Below are positions 27,880-42,057 of a stretch of 64,000 nucleotides of DNA, piece after piece (the first letter of the stretch is position 1; each line of letters begins with the position of its first letter). The notes beneath the pieces are model-generated. The model did no database searches. It was not told the origin of the DNA and saw only the letters and a list, made by a program, of their open reading frames with translations. The translations under genes and the position numbers were made by a program. Source of the DNA: Octopus bimaculoides (taxonomy: Eukaryota); contig NC_068988.1 in the NCBI RefSeq assembly GCF_001194135.2, positions 4,839,962 through 4,903,961 on the forward strand. The letters are read 5' to 3'.

Positions 27880-28130
27880 GTGAACAAGAAATGTCGAACG
27901 TAGAAAAAAAAACTGAATCTAAAGTAAAGATTTTGTAAAGCTAATCAATAAACTTAAACTAAAACCATAGAAATAAATTTAGTATTTGTGTAATGAATTC
28001 TGCAGGATGAATTTCCGAAAACAATAAAAAAATGTTTTAAAGCACAAGAAACTAAAACATAAACCTGGATAAAAAAGTAGATAATACATCATCAGTAAGA
28101 AATTGTAATTGTAAAATGAAGTACATCACT
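27880..28130 (+). mobile_element. Penelope-like element remnant
   Basis: DFVKLINKLK, SENNKKMF and RNCNCK occur in the order of the Penelope linker (FLKLI.KHF..HNKKIL..CNCR). Confidence 0.4.
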
Positions 28131-28674
28131 ACGTATTAAAACGAGGCAAACCATTGCATTAGAAAATTGAAATTGAAACTTGAAATCCTTTCAGAATTAA
28201 ATTTCTCCCTATATTGGGCGTGAAACATGTAACGAAACTCCTTAATTTAAATGAGTATAAAGAAAAACCTGTGATAATACCAGTAATACCGGGAGTAATG
28301 GAGGTATTTATAAAAGGAGATGATGAGACAACCATGACGAAATCAACAACTTTAAGATTAAGACTATTTTATTAAATTATGAAATCAAATAATAGAGGCA
28401 AAACTGTTCCCATGTTAATTTGTGGTGGGGACATTAAAGTAGGTCGCATAATGATAATTCAACAACAACTAGCAACCATCTAGAAGCCAATTCTACCATC
28501 TACTTTGAACCGTGTAACGAGATCAAAACCCACCAGACAATAAGGCAGACTTATCTAGAAAACATGAGTAGTTCGCTACTCACAATTAAAACTTGTTTCT
28601 CTCATCTCTGAAACTCTAAGTAATCAATCTGTTAATATACACATACCTATGTACCTTCATTGATTCTGATATTG

Positions 28675-29817
28675 GCTTCCCGACGGAGTATGCCCAGGTG
28701 ATGTCTAATGTTGCCAAAGCCTTTAATAAAATCCAGGGTGGAGGACCAGGCTTATCTCGAGAGCCTTCTGCCAACTGTAGCGGCTACCGTCATGAAGTTG
28801 AAACAGCTCCTGTACTGCATTTCTCTGGTAGACACGATACTAGCAGGCATTACGAAAAGGTTTGGGCTCCTCCTAGAAGACCTGGAGTACCAGCTGGCCG
28901 CTGCCTTTCCCACACCAAGTGTCGCTTGTTCTGGCTGGAGCAGTATAACAGCTAGGCTAGCAGAGTAACGAACGTCATGGAGACCGTCGTAGAGACAATC
29001 CAATTGGAGATCAATGAGGAGGGCAGCAGCAACACCAGCAATGAGGATGAAGACGATGATTTCTTCAGCAACATTACTCGGTTCCAGTAGAGCAGGAGCC
29101 ACAGGTCATTGAAGTCCAAGGTGCAGAAATTGGTGAAGACCTGGCTGGAGGCCGTCTCGAAGGAGGTCTTGACTAAAGTCACATTTTTAGGTGAACAGGT
29201 CAATTAAGACCTGTTCACTAGGTATAACACTGCTATCCCATCCAGTGCTGCAGTTGAACTCCTAATGTCTATAGGCAGAGATATTTTGAGGGCCAAGCGA
29301 ACCATTCTGTCAGGTGGTAAATGTGAGAGGCTGATGCTTTTGAAGGGCAACCAACATCACGTCGATGCGATAGAGAAACCAGAGTAAGTACACCTTGATC
29401 ACCATCTGATCTTCGCCTGATACCTACGCTCTATTATACCTTTTTGATTCGTTCCATGCTTTTTTATATAGTAAATAAAGTGTATGTTGACTGAAAAACT
29501 AATGTTTAATTTAATTTGTTCATTTAATTATTTGCATACACCTTGATCATAATCTAATCTTGGCATGTTATACCTTTTTAGAAAGCTTTATGTCAAAGCT
29601 ACAAGCTCTTTAGGTCTGTGTTTAGGGACCTTAGAGTCAAAAAACAAAAACAAACCGAAGCTAAATGCAAATGATAGAATTTAGCGGTTATCAGTTAGCG
29701 TTAGCTTCCGCTAATTTTTTAACTGTTCAGCGGTTTAGCGTTGGTGAAGCTAACTTTTTTAGTTAGGGGATTAGCGGTTAGCGAAGCTAACTTTTTGATT
29801 AGGTTTGTCCACCACTG
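28675..29817 (+). mobile_element. hAT DNA transposon, 3' half (dimerization domain, subterminal repeats, right TIR)
   Basis: EDQAYLESLLPTVAATVMKLKQ, ITKRFGLLLED.EYQLAAAF and LFTRYNTAIPSSAAVELLMSIGRDILRAKR...ERLMLLKGN (hATC-like SS...ER.FS motif). Repeated ttagcg/gaagctaactttt subterminal motifs, ending in ccaccactg (cagtggtgg TIR). Confidence 0.9.
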
Positions 29818-31312
29818 TTCAAAAGCATTAAAAACGACATCAAAATTAGATGAGCGTCAGGTAAGCTTCTGCGTAGTGTTATGATAAAACATCTGAGAAG
29901 CGTTCGTCGTAAGACATTAACACGTAGCTGTCATTAAGTACAAGACTTGTCATCAAATCCATATTACGAGAAGCTCATTCAGTTTTCTATTCAAGTAACA
30001 AGTTACGCCTAACTTAATTAACACAGTATCAGAGAGACATTTCTTGTGTTGCACGGCAACTAAAGCAAACATTTGTATCGATGCTCAACATTAAGTACAA
30101 ATAAGGACCAACGGCCTCTCAATGTTGCAATGGCGTAAGTTCTGTTTATGGAGACTCAAGTGTTTTCGTAATTGGTTGCTAAGTTGCAAAGAAAAACTCT
30201 CCGTCTTAACTTTCTCTCCTACTTGTCGGTGCATTTGATAACATCAAAGCTATCTATCGATCGTAAGGATTATGCTGAGGACTTGTTTCACTGACTGATA
30301 AGTAGCTGGACGTCTAGATTGAAGCAAGATGTTAATGAATTTTTATTCAAGTCAATACGAAAATATTAGTTTATCTCTTTGTGGTTTGCCGAAACAAATG
30401 ATTGAAATTAGTGGTGTAAATATCGAACAAAGTAGACATGTAAACTATTAAAACAAAAACGTCGTCGTTCTAAATGTACTCATTTAAACTTGATCCACGC
30501 ATCGCATTGGAAGTCGATTGGTAGTCAACAAGTTTGATGGCTGTCACTTTCATTTGTCACTGAATATCTTGCCTTAACATTCATCTTTTCAGCATGAGAA
30601 GACTTCGTTATATAGATACAAGTTTCGAAGCTGCTGTATAGTTTTATTTTTTTAAAGTGTTTACAGTTCCTCCAAATACATAAAATGATATCTTTTAACA
30701 TTAACTAATTGAAATATGGATTTTAAAATAAATCAAAAATAAAAATGCTGTCATAAATAAAAGAAATGTTTTGAATATTCAACCCTTCGTCAAGATTTTG
30801 CAGACTAAAGTTTATTTTTCGAAATTGAAAGCCTTGTCATATCTTGTCTTGTACGATGTACACAAACACAGAAGTAGTTGAAACAACTCGCTAATTAATT
30901 CCAACGATCCCACATTCACTTCTTTCTCAAGTGTAGCAAAAAAGAGAAAAGCAGAAAAGCAGAGACGTGTAACCCTAAACAGTAAATGAATTCACTGGCC
31001 TATATGACAATAACAACAATAATTTATATCAATTAAACTTGCACTAGTGTTGCCAGACACTGCATTTCCTAAGGTTGCACCAAACTATTTTCAAAGTAAA
31101 CCCATGCAGCTTAGGAATGTTGCTGAGGCGAGTAATGACTAAATCTGTCATATGACCCCTCCACACACACACGACTCAGTGGCATGTGAGATCGATTCAG
31201 TTCATATCCATTTTCAAGGTAGTTCTGGTCCATGCCGTAAAGAAGTCAAAGGACTCAGTAAAGCATTAAGAGTAAGTTTAGAGATATAACACTTATATAT
31301 AGACACACATTT

Positions 31313-31387
<75 letters not shown>

Positions 31388-31498
31388 CACTCGTACGGAC
31401 TTAGGCACATAATATATATACATACATACATACATTCAGGCATGCATGCATACATACACACACACATGCATACATACATACATACATACATACATACA

Positions 31499-31530
<32 letters not shown>

Positions 31531-31719
31531 AATGTGCTTCTGTGTATGCTAATTGCCGGTATTATTCTATTTTGAAAACAAGTCTCCCAAATTAAAGATT
31601 ATCACCACACCCTACCTTAACGCCATATATAACACAAACTGAGTTCGCTCAATGTGTCCACCACAGATGACAAACTATAAGCTAACATCCGAGCAAACTG
31701 GGGTGTAAATGGATGGAGT

Positions 31720-31995
31720 GTGTACTAATGCCAACATTTTCTGGTTAACAATGGCTGGTTGAAAAGCGTTTCGAGGTGTCTTAATTTGCCCAAAATTGAA
31801 TGACCAATGAATCTGCCGATGTGGATAGACAAGCCGATTTTTCTGCGGAACTGAAGAACGTTATTCCTGAAGAAGGTTGTACTCCAGAACACCTGGGCAA
31901 AGTTGAGGAAGTATGAATTTTTGCAACTCCATGCCGGTTAGGAAGTATATTTCTGGACATAGAAAATCGGTACCGGGCTTGAGATGCGAAATCTT
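31720..31995 (+). mobile_element. pogo/Tigger transposase remnant
   Basis: NNGWLKSVSRCLNLPKIE*, ESADVDRQADFSAELKNVIPEEGCTPEHLGKVEE and SMPVRKYISGHRKSVPG parallel Tigger1 SRGWF..GEAASAD....EDLAKIIDEGGY..QIFNVDET..KMPSRTFI...KSMPG. Confidence 0.7.
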
Positions 31996-32079
31996 GAAAC
32001 GAAAACCCGTCCCTTTTTATTATAAGTGGTCTTGATATGATAAAAAATTAGAAGACATAATCCTTTCTACTGGTAGCAC

Positions 32080-32272
32080 AAGGTCTCAAATTTGAGGAAA
32101 GCGATTAAGTTGATTACATCTACCGCAATACGCAACTGGTACTTAATTTATCGACTCAGAAAGGAGGAAAAGCAAAGTCCACCTCGGCGGAATTTGAACT
32201 CAGTACGTAAAGACAGACGAAATGCCGCAAGCATTTGCCCGGCAAACTGACGACTCTGCCAGCTCGCCGCCT
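32080..32272 (+). mobile_element. Short interspersed repeat family A copy
   Basis: Same module (actggtacttaatttatcgac..cctcggcggaatttgaactcag..ctgccagctcgccgcctt). Confidence 0.87.
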
Positions 32273-32399
32273 TGGAAGAAAATCGAAGGAAAAGACAAAA
32301 CAATTGGAGATAGCTAAGACTTGGAATTGGGGCTTAGGAAGCCTCTATGAGTATACTGACAGAGCTGACAGGATAAATGTATCATGCAGAGAGGATGTG

Positions 32400-32660
32400 C
32401 CTAGTCGATGAGTACTAGGGGTGGGGTTCAGGAAAGATAGCAACAGAAAGCAAAAGGGAGAAGAAAGAAAGTTTATTACAGTTTGCAATATCAATGTAAT
32501 GGGGATGTCGAAGACGGCTTCAGAAATATCGGAAATGGTAAAAATCATGCCCAGAACGAGGTGGCAGGTGTTGACTTTAGAAATGAAGACAATAAATTGT
32601 TCTCTGTTTTATCGCTATAAGGAATGCACGTTCATGGAGGAGACCATAAAGGACTGAAAG
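32400..32660 (+). mobile_element. RTE-like LINE, N-terminal APE endonuclease remnant
   Basis: KFITVCNINVMGMSKTASEISEMV..RTRWQ resembles RTE endonuclease motif I (.GTWNV......E...M.....ETRW.G). Confidence 0.45.
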
Positions 32661-34001
32661 AATACAATGGTATCGATATAGCTCACACTGAACTTTGACT
32701 AACTTGAGCTCATGCTGGTAACCAGCGCCACATCGGAACATGTCATTGAGAGTAAATGCGAGTTCAGCGATATGGAAAGAACTTTTGGTAGCATAATTCT
32801 GTTGAAATATACTGCTTTCGTTAGTTTTGAAAATAATGAAGAACTTCGTGAATAACTTTGTCGTTATTAAGCTGGTAATATGCGTGGGCTGCTGAAAGCA
32901 TTCACATACCTATATTAATAAATATGATAAGTCATATCTTATATTGTTGTAGTTAATTCAAATATTTAATTTTAAGATAGAAAACTGCTTTTTGTTTCTT
33001 TACGTTTCATATGTGACCAATAACTATGATGTTCTATGCCTGAAAATGCATTAAGTAGATATATAGACAGTTGTACATAGAAGAAACATTCCCCATACAT
33101 ATACAATTTCGTACATTTCGTATATTTTTCTCTATCTATGGGGTGGCGTGGGCGTGCACAACAGCTGTGTGTCAGTGTAGATATTCAACTATTCAAATGA
33201 AAGAGGCATTCTAAAGAAAACTCAGAGTAAGTACCCGAAACGTTATCTCCAGGAAGGAAACACATTCGTTGAAGCGTGAATATCATTGAAGAGAAAACAT
33301 TTAATGGAAAATCAATGTCGGCCAAGCAACAAGCTGTCTGGAAATTACAAAAGTGGAAACCATTGAAAACTTTGAAAATAAATAAATAAAACTAAACAAA
33401 GGCTATAAAACAGAGATAATAAAACATGGTAGCGTATAGAATTCGTAATCATTGATCTTGGCCAACTAAAGCGAAGTTTATGATCAAATAAGAGATGGTG
33501 TATGGATGATGACGAAATAACGAGTGAGGTTAAAAGAAATCACAAGTACAGGATGAGATTTTGTCTAAAAGATTTTTAAAAAAACAAGATTGCAAAAGCT
33601 TACATAGTGCAAGATAACAGAGAATGCAGTGTTTGATGGATACAGCGCAAGTTAATTTGTGAAAAATTTCTAATAACTGCAAAACACCAAACTGCAAAAT
33701 TCTAAACATTTTATAAGGCACATAAATTCACATACAGACATACATACGCGTATGTTTCTCTTAAGTGCATGTTTGTGTAGATGTCTATATTATACGCAAG
33801 TGTATGGTTATAATTGCGTCTGTGCCCATGTGTACATGTATGTGTGTGTGTGTTTCTATATGAGCACGAGTTGTTGTAACACATTTCCAGATTTTACAAT
33901 AAGTCTCAATGCATAAAATAATTATAACTTCTTAGACATTAAAACGTGAGTGATCTCTGAGAATCAGACCCATATTCCTTTGCCTAAACTACTTTAAGCC
34001 A

Positions 34002-34083
34002 ACATTGGGAAACAGTGGCCTACATTTGGAAACAGTGGCCTACATTTGGAAACAGTGGCCTACATTTGGAAACAGTGGCCTAC
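34002..34083. repeat. 20-bp minisatellite, 4 copies
   Basis: Unit acatttggaaacagtggcct repeated head to tail; the first copy has one substitution. Confidence 0.95.
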
Positions 34084-35574
34084 TTTACAATTATTTCAGT
34101 TGGAAAGTGCTTGCCGTTATAAGGTCAGACTATATGTAATCGGTGTGTGTCATGGTGAGAAACTTCTTGAAACCGTCTCTGAACTCAGCTAAAATACGAT
34201 TGATGAATGAGTTCACGAATAAGGTTCCTCAGACTGTAAATCTAGGCAATTGTCACAGTTTAAAATTCATTCCTATCCTTAAGACTATACGTATTCAGTA
34301 TACACATGACCAACCGGCCTGAAAACATCGTTTAGAATAACAAGAAATGAAGAAGAAAGAAGATTAGAAGATATAAGGATATAAATACTCTATAAACCAT
34401 TCTGGCTGTTTGAGGTGAAATAAAGGAACTTGCTTCTACTCATCTCAAAACCTCCTACTCATCTCAAAAAGTAAAGTTTACGTGATTTGAGTTTAAGGAG
34501 AAATTTGTTGCTTATATTCACTAACTTACCGATTCTTAGAACCAATGAAAGCTCATTTAAGAGGTTGCTTAGTGTGCTATGAATTACAGAAGAATCATCC
34601 TCGATTCACGTCCTACCGATTTAAAAAGAAAAAAAGAAACACACCTTTAATCATGTAGTCTTTGATATATAAAGTGACGACATGGTCAGGCGTGAAATGT
34701 CTTTCATTATGTTCTCTTTTTTTTTTTCTTTTTCAATTAGGAATACCAAAGAGTAAGGGTTAAATAACAATCTGTCATTAACTCCTCCGTGAATCCATGG
34801 GAGTTTCATCAGATGGTAGCAAGGACGAAGATGCTAGGTAACAAAACTACAAATCAAAGCTTACTTTTAACCTAATTCGAATGATGACGTATTGAAAATT
34901 TGATGTAGCCAACTGCAACAACTCTAACCGGCAAAAGTAAATTAATCCGTTCTTGCTTCAGTCAATATCAGAGAATTTAATAAATTCCGCCGTAAATGAG
35001 TTAAACGCAGACTTGTGTCAATTTTAGAAGTGGAGAAGTTTACTTTTAGAAGGAAACCTAAATGTCTAGTTTGAAAGAAATTCCGGCAATTAAAGTTGCA
35101 GAATCGTTACAATTGTAGATGTAGATATTTAATGCAAGAAAGAAATATAATCGATGGAAACTACTCATTTCTCCTAATGTAATTGATAGCGTAAGGAGGA
35201 GTTTAAATTTATTAGTTCATAAACTCCATTTATGGAAGTCGTCCAAATACTGTTGCCTTTGTGAGAACGGCTAACACGTCCTATTGATCCATTCAGCTGT
35301 GGAGTTTTGAGCTGCAAAATGTATTGCAATGAACTCCATAATCGGAGGTTATTAACTAATACACTACAAGTAATACTTCATTAATTTCACCAAGTTTCAG
35401 TGAAATGACCGAACTTAATATCCGTTTATTTCTCATTCTTGAATTAGTCTACACAAAGACATTAATACACTAATATACGTACACATACACACACATATAT
35501 ATTATGTACTTGCATATATGTCTATATGGAAAATTATGGAAGAAAGATTGATAGAAGGGGAGTGGGCAACTTAC

Positions 35575-35733
35575 ATAATTGACAGCCAGGTCCCCAGTAA
35601 TCATCTGCACATCCTGAATAACAAGTTCCGTCCAACTTATCGCAAGGTTCATCTCTTTGACAATGGCATTTAAATTTGCATTTATATCCAAAATACTGGC
35701 TAGAACATTTGCCTTGTAATTCATCAATCGATT
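35575..35733 (-). CDS. Coding exon, EGF-like/laminin-EGF-type repeat (MEGF10/SCARF/CED-1-like module)
   Basis: Acceptor ttttttcag|AA and donor T|gtaagt; 159 nt, phase 1-1. Translation (E)SIDELQGKCSSQYFGYKCKFKCHCQRDEPCDKLDGTCYSGCADDYWGPGCQL shows the C..FG..C...CHC.....C....G.C..GC....WGP.CQ pattern. Confidence 0.93.
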
Positions 35734-37324
35734 CTGAAAAAAAACAAAAAAACAAAAATGTAAAACTTTATAAGAATTCAAAACTAGATAGATTAGGAAT
35801 ACATTATATGTAATGACTTCATATGAACGAGTAAATTCATATAAAGTTTATATCCGTGTAAGTAAGTTCGTTAAGACATTAGTTCAGATGGTAAAAAAAA
35901 GACAGAATGCAAAACTATTTTAACCTACTTTGTTAAATCTGCAGAACATTTCCCATCAAAATAAAAATAAAAATCATAGAATTCTGTTTATACACACAAA
36001 TAAATTTTTCAATACATCAACATAAGCCTATGAACATATGTGCCAGCATGTATGTATATATGAATGAATGTATGTATGTGTGTATGTATGAATGTATGTA
36101 TGTCTGTATGTATGTATGTATGTATGTATGTGTGTATGTACGCATGTGTACACAGACAAGCACACGCACACATATATGGACAACAATATAAGACGACATT
36201 TTATATCACATATACACGCGTACACACACAACAACATATATACTCGCACGCACATACGGATACATATATATGCATGTGTTAGTGTGGGGCGGGTGAGTGC
36301 GCATGCATGTGTTACATGTGTGTTTGGATGTATGTATTTGTGTTTATGAACGTTTATATGCGTGTGAATGTGTGTATGCGAGTGTGTAGTGTTTTGAAGT
36401 AATGGGTTTATGCTTCATCAATTATTATTTTTATTATCATCATTATATACACATATATATCAATATGTGTGTGTGTATATCTAGATATATAAAAAACATT
36501 CATACACATATAAATGTATGTTTGTGTGTATGCATGTATCTATGTGCGTATATATATATATATATATATATATATNNNNNNNNNNNNNNNNNNNNNNNNN
36601 NNNNNNNNNNNNNNNNNNNNNNNNNNNNNNNNNNNNNNNNNNNNNNNNNNNNNNNNNNNNNNNNNNNNNNNNNNNNNNNNNNNNNNNNNNNNNNNNNNNN
36701 NNNNNNNNNNNNNNATATATATATATATATACATATATATCTTACTGATGTGCATAAAGTTATAAAGCAAATATTTAATAAACCTAATAAATACTAAAAC
36801 ATTTCAATGATCAGTAAATTACGTTTTACTTCCATTTCTAAAAGCACACCAACATAAAACATGAACGCCGTCTATAATAGAACGCAGCTTAAAGCAGTGG
36901 ATTGATTTTTCTTCGGTTTCAATGTACTACAGTTAACACATGATATACTTCCTCTTCACGCTAGAAAATATACATCCATTATACTTTGAAAATTCATGCA
37001 CCATTACTAGCATATACATACGCATCAATATAGCTATATGAAAATATATGTCCCTGTAAATATGTTATGTGTGTGTATACCATATATACATATATATACA
37101 TATGTGTGTGTATAATATACATTTATGTGTGTGTGTGTGCGCGGGTCTATATATATGTATATGGATATATCTATATATTTGTTTGTATGTATCTATCTAT
37201 ATATATATATATAAATTTATACACACATATGTACGTATGTATGTATGTATGCATGTATGTACGTACGTATCTGTGTGTGTGTGTGAATCTTTTTATCTTT
37301 TACTTTTATCTGTTGATTTTGTCA

Positions 37325-37510
37325 GACATTAGACTACAGCCACGCAGGGGCACCGACTTCAATGATTTTAGTCGAACGAATCGACCCCAGTATTTTCTTT
37401 CTTTTTTTTTTTGTAACCTGCTATTTATTTTATCGAACACTTACGCCGATCCGCAATGTTACGGGGACATAAAGAAAGCAATGTCGGTTGTCAAGCGGTG
37501 GTGCTTAGAA
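37325..37510 (+). mobile_element. Short interspersed repeat family C copy
   Basis: gactacagccacgcaggggcaccg..tagtcgaacgaatcgaccccagta..gttacggggac..tcggttgtcaagcggtggtg; homologous to 38598-38790. Confidence 0.75.
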
Positions 37511-38363
37511 ACGCAGAGACAAACACACAAACACGCATTCACAGACATATACACAGACACACGCACACAGGCTGTCATACACACAGAGACAGACAGATAT
37601 GAACAGACAGACAGACAGATAACTATATGTACAGTACGCGTGCGAGTGAGTGTGATTGCGTGTGTTTGCATGTGTGCATATACACACATCCATATATATA
37701 TATATATATATATATACAGACACACACATATATACATACCTAAAAAGACACACACGCATACATACATATATATATATATANNNNNNNNNNNNNNNNNNNN
37801 NNNNNNNNNNNNNNNNNNNNNNNNNNNNNNNNNNNNNNNNNNNNNNNNNNNNNNNNNNNNNNNNNNNNNNNNNNNNNNNNNNNNNNNNNNNNNNNNNNNN
37901 NNNNNNNNNNNNNNNNNNNNNNNNNNNNNNNNNNNNNNNNNNNNNNNNNNNNNNNNNNNNNNNNNNNNNNNNNNNNNNNNNNNNNNNNNNNNNNNNNNNN
38001 NNNNNNNNNNNNNNNNNNNNNNNNNNNNNNNNNNNNNNNNNNNNNNNNNNNNNNNNNNNNNNNNNNNNNNNNNNNNNNNNNNNNNNNNNNNNNNNNNNNN
38101 NNNNNNNNNNNNNNNNNNNNNNNNNNNNNNNNNNNNNNNNNNNNNNNNNNNNNNNNNNNNNNNNNNNNNNNNNNNNNNNNNNNNNNNNNNNNNNNNNNNN
38201 NNNNNNNNNNNNNNNNNNNNNNNNNNNNNNNNNNNNNNNNNNNNNNNNNNNNNNNNNNNNNNNNNNNNNNNNNNNNNNNNNNNNNNNNNNNNNNNNNNNN
38301 NNNNNNNNNNNNNNNNNNNNNNNNNNNNNNNNNNNNNNNNNNNNNNNNNNNNNNNNNNNNNNN

Positions 38364-38459
<96 letters not shown>
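38364..38459. repeat. (TAGA)n microsatellite adjoining an assembly gap
   Basis: Read directly from the sequence. Confidence 0.96.
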
Positions 38460-38597
38460 GGTATAATTATAATCCTGGCTGGTGTACTATTCTTAAATCC
38501 AATCGAGGTCTGTAAGACTTGAGTTGATACAGAAGTCCTATAGATCTAAGACATCTTTCCTTATTTAAACATATATATTTATTTATTCTTTTACTTG

Positions 38598-38790
38598 TTT
38601 CAGTAATTTGACTGCGGCCATGCTGGAGCACCGCCTTTAGTCGAGCAAATCGAGCCTAGGACTTATTCTTTGTAAGCCTAGTACTTCTTCTATCGGTCGC
38701 TTTTGTCGAACCGCTAAGTACGGGGACGTAAACACACCAACATCGGTTGTCAAGCGATGTTGGGAGGACAAATACAGACACACAAACATA
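38598..38790 (+). mobile_element. Short interspersed repeat family C copy
   Basis: gactgcggccatgctggagcaccgcc..tagtcgagcaaatcga..gaaccgctaagtacggggacgtaaacacacc..tcggttgtcaagcg. Confidence 0.8.
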
Positions 38791-39159
38791 TATATGCTTA
38801 AAGTATGGAATTTACATAATACATACGTGTATACCTACAGGAATTTATATATCCACCCATGCATAGATTGACACATACATGCATTGATACACATTTTGTA
38901 TTTCTGTTAAAAATTATTTTTTATTTCAAGTCGATTCTTTGTTAGTTTTGGACTTCTCCCATCAGTGATTCGATTTACTGAAAACCCGATTAATTTTAGC
39001 AAATTGGTTAAGGTAGAAATCTAGCCGAATTTTTTTGTTTTCTTAACTTTTATTTAAAGGAAAATAATATTTAAAAACATTCATCCGACATGTAAAACAT
39101 TAATGGTAAACTGTTATCCAAAGGAAATTAAACCTGTATGATTACATTCTTTATTTATC

Positions 39160-39320
39160 ATGCCAGCGAGAGAAGTTGATTTAGCTGACCCCAGTAACTG
39201 GCAGGTACTCGATTTTAACCTCTGAACAATGAAAAATGAAGCTGGTCTCATTAACAATTGAATTTAGAATATAAAGAACCAGAGTTGAATATCGCCAAGC
39301 ATTTTATCTGATGCTCTACC
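39160..39320 (+). mobile_element. Highly diverged family A copy
   Basis: gaccccagtaactggcaggtact..aattgaatttagaat..ccaagcattttatc; weak similarity only. Confidence 0.45.
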
Positions 39321-40779
39321 TATTCTACAAAAGTCTTAATAACCTCACTACTCACACACTCCAGCTGTGTACAGCCGAGGAGGATTTTTGAAAACCGAAA
39401 TAGATCAGGTATTGTCATCCCCGAAGTGGTTATCATATTTAATAACTGAGCCTAATATTATGATTTTGTTGCATCATAATTATAATTAGTATTATGTAAT
39501 TATAATTTTGATGCATATATAAGTACCAGCTTTACTAGTAACCATAAATCCCGCTCCATTCAATTTCTACTCACTTTCACTCGTATCACCGCTACGAACT
39601 GAAACATATCGATATCTAACTCGATTCGAACACCTCTCTAAAGACTATGATTCCATTCTCTGTTCTGAATGTTTTACATCCTCCACAAATGCTCTTCAGT
39701 AATTTTGAGAAGTTTGCGATTTTAATACCAAAACAATCAGAATGTTTGCTATGTATTAACTGTACTTTCTATACAATAGTGCCAAACTAAATTTTAAAAT
39801 ATCGAAAATTGTAAACAAAATACTATTTGCACGCAAGATATATTTTATGTAGATTGAGATGTATCAATACGTTGAGTTTAAAGAAAAATCTCAGTTACCA
39901 GCATTGATTTTTGTTGGTTCTTGTTTTTTGTGTATTACATTTATTTGAGATTACTTTTCTCTGATTCATTGTTCATTCATGACTGGAAGGTTTTGACAAA
40001 ATGGACACGGAAGAAAACACACACACACACACATATATATATATATGCATGTATGTATGTATGTGTGTGTGTGGGCGCGCGTGTGTTATGCGTAGTCCCC
40101 TTTTATATAAAAGTACTCCAATTAATCAAAGTGATATCAAATCCCTCGAGGGTGATCCACACATTAAACGTTATCGATCTCGCTGCCATTCAAGTAGAGT
40201 TGTATTTTTGTGATTTATTAGTCATATGCATTTGCAGACATTAATATATCGTGTCTGGGAGAAGAGAAAGTTCTTCCTTTTAAAAGTGTGCGTGTGTGCA
40301 TGTATAGATTAGATATTTATATTAGATTCATGCATTTGTTGTATGCACTACCATAATACAATTGCGTGCCGTGTTTATGCGTCGAACAACATTGAATATT
40401 TATTTTATAAAAATAAACAATACTTTTCGATTGCGGCTGTAGTTTTATTAAGTAGTGAGACTTGCCCCTCTCCACTGCATTCGTAGGAATGTATAATAGC
40501 ATGGGGCGATTTTAACATTGCTACAAATAAAAGAGTGAGTGCTCTTGTTTCTTTATTTAAAGAATTTATCAGCGGATTTTCAATATATGTACCACAAGCT
40601 ACACTTAACACATTGCGTTAAAGGAGATCTGTCTGCCTCAAATGCAAATACTAAGCATTTCTTTTTGGTCTTACGTTCAATCTCTTCTAGTATCTATTTG
40701 CCATCTGGTTATTGCTTCTAACTTATCGCCTTAATTCGAACAGAGATTGTGCTCTATCTTCAAAACATAAAAAAGCAGC

Positions 40780-40819
<40 letters not shown>

Positions 40820-41758
40820 AGTACGTAAAATACACTCATAAATGAAGTTTTGTGTGAGACGACTACTGGAATACACNNNNNNNNNNCCCCCCCCGGCCAT
40901 TATTCTTTACATTTTCCCGATAATAAAAATCTAAAAATTCGCAATGGACAACATTGCAACATATGCGCTTATTGGAATGAATCACTCACTGCACATTGTG
41001 GAATTCATTTTTGGTTTCTTTTGATCTACAATAGAAGCCAATCTTAACCATTGTCAAGTATCCAACTACTGAGTTACGTTGCAAATATATTCCCAGCAGA
41101 CAAATAAAACCTAGATCGTGATATCTCTATATGTTTGATTGTCTTGTTATCCAGATTTTCATAACCTTACGTTGATTTTTAAAAATGAATATAATACACC
41201 AGTAGACTCTACTAAATATTTAGAGTGGTTGTTGTATCCTTCAACAACGGAGATTGTGAATCAATTCTGTTTACCCAAATGGCGAAATTCCATATTTGAT
41301 TTTCAATTTAAAATTCAACTCAACGGTTAAAAGAATCTAATACTTAGAACCCAACTCGTTGATCATTTCGCCGCTATTTGATAAGTGCTTGCTTAATTCA
41401 GAATCGACAATCAATATATCACGGAATATATCAACTATTTAAAGCAAAGTAAATAAAAATCAGAGATTAACATTAAATCTATCGATATTTAAAATATATT
41501 CCAGACTTCATCTTATTTATTAGATTTTTTTTGTTCTTTCTTTCCCTCTGCTGTCGTCTCAGAGTTTGATTGAGAATTAGTTAGATAGTTTGGCATGAAA
41601 TATTTGAAACAGAAATGAAGGTGAAATCATTTGTAAAAGGTATTTTCGTTTCCCGTAGCAAAGAGCACATGAAAAATAAACTTAAAATATCGTTAATTCA
41701 TTCATAAAATGGAGACAGACAGACAGACAGACAGACGGATAGATAGGTAGGTAGGTAG

Positions 41759-41947
41759 CAGTGGCATATGGTGGTTGCTGAATTGGTTGTGCTGCCACAC
41801 CCAATGCCACCAATTTTCAAGCAGGGATATAACAAAAGTTTCGCATTAAGATTTGTGATTAAATTAATGAGTAAGGTTAATATTTATAATGAATTTGCCA
41901 TTTTCAATAGGTGTGCACACCTAGCACACCCAAAATATACGCCCCTC
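41759..41947. mobile_element. Possible hAT-type MITE inserted in a (GTAG)n tract
   Basis: Ends cagtggcatat and atatacgcccctc form imperfect inverted repeats; gcacaccc/gcacacc subterminal motifs. No clear 8-bp TSD. Confidence 0.5.
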
Positions 41948-42057
41948 GAAAGTAGGTAGGTAGGTAGGTAGGGAGGCATGTCGGTAGGAGCATATGTGTG
42001 TATGAAAACTCCGTGTATTTGCATGAACATATGCGTGTGTATATATTCCTACACACC

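Noticed and set aside
34002-34083. CRISPR-like repeat array
   Set aside because: Units are contiguous with no unique spacers, there are no cas genes, and the context is eukaryotic.
37067-38377. 436-aa ORF and similar long ORFs (4197-5069, 58042-58671 and others)
   Set aside because: Made of microsatellite translations (YIYI, HTHT, CVCV, LSLS) read through N gaps.
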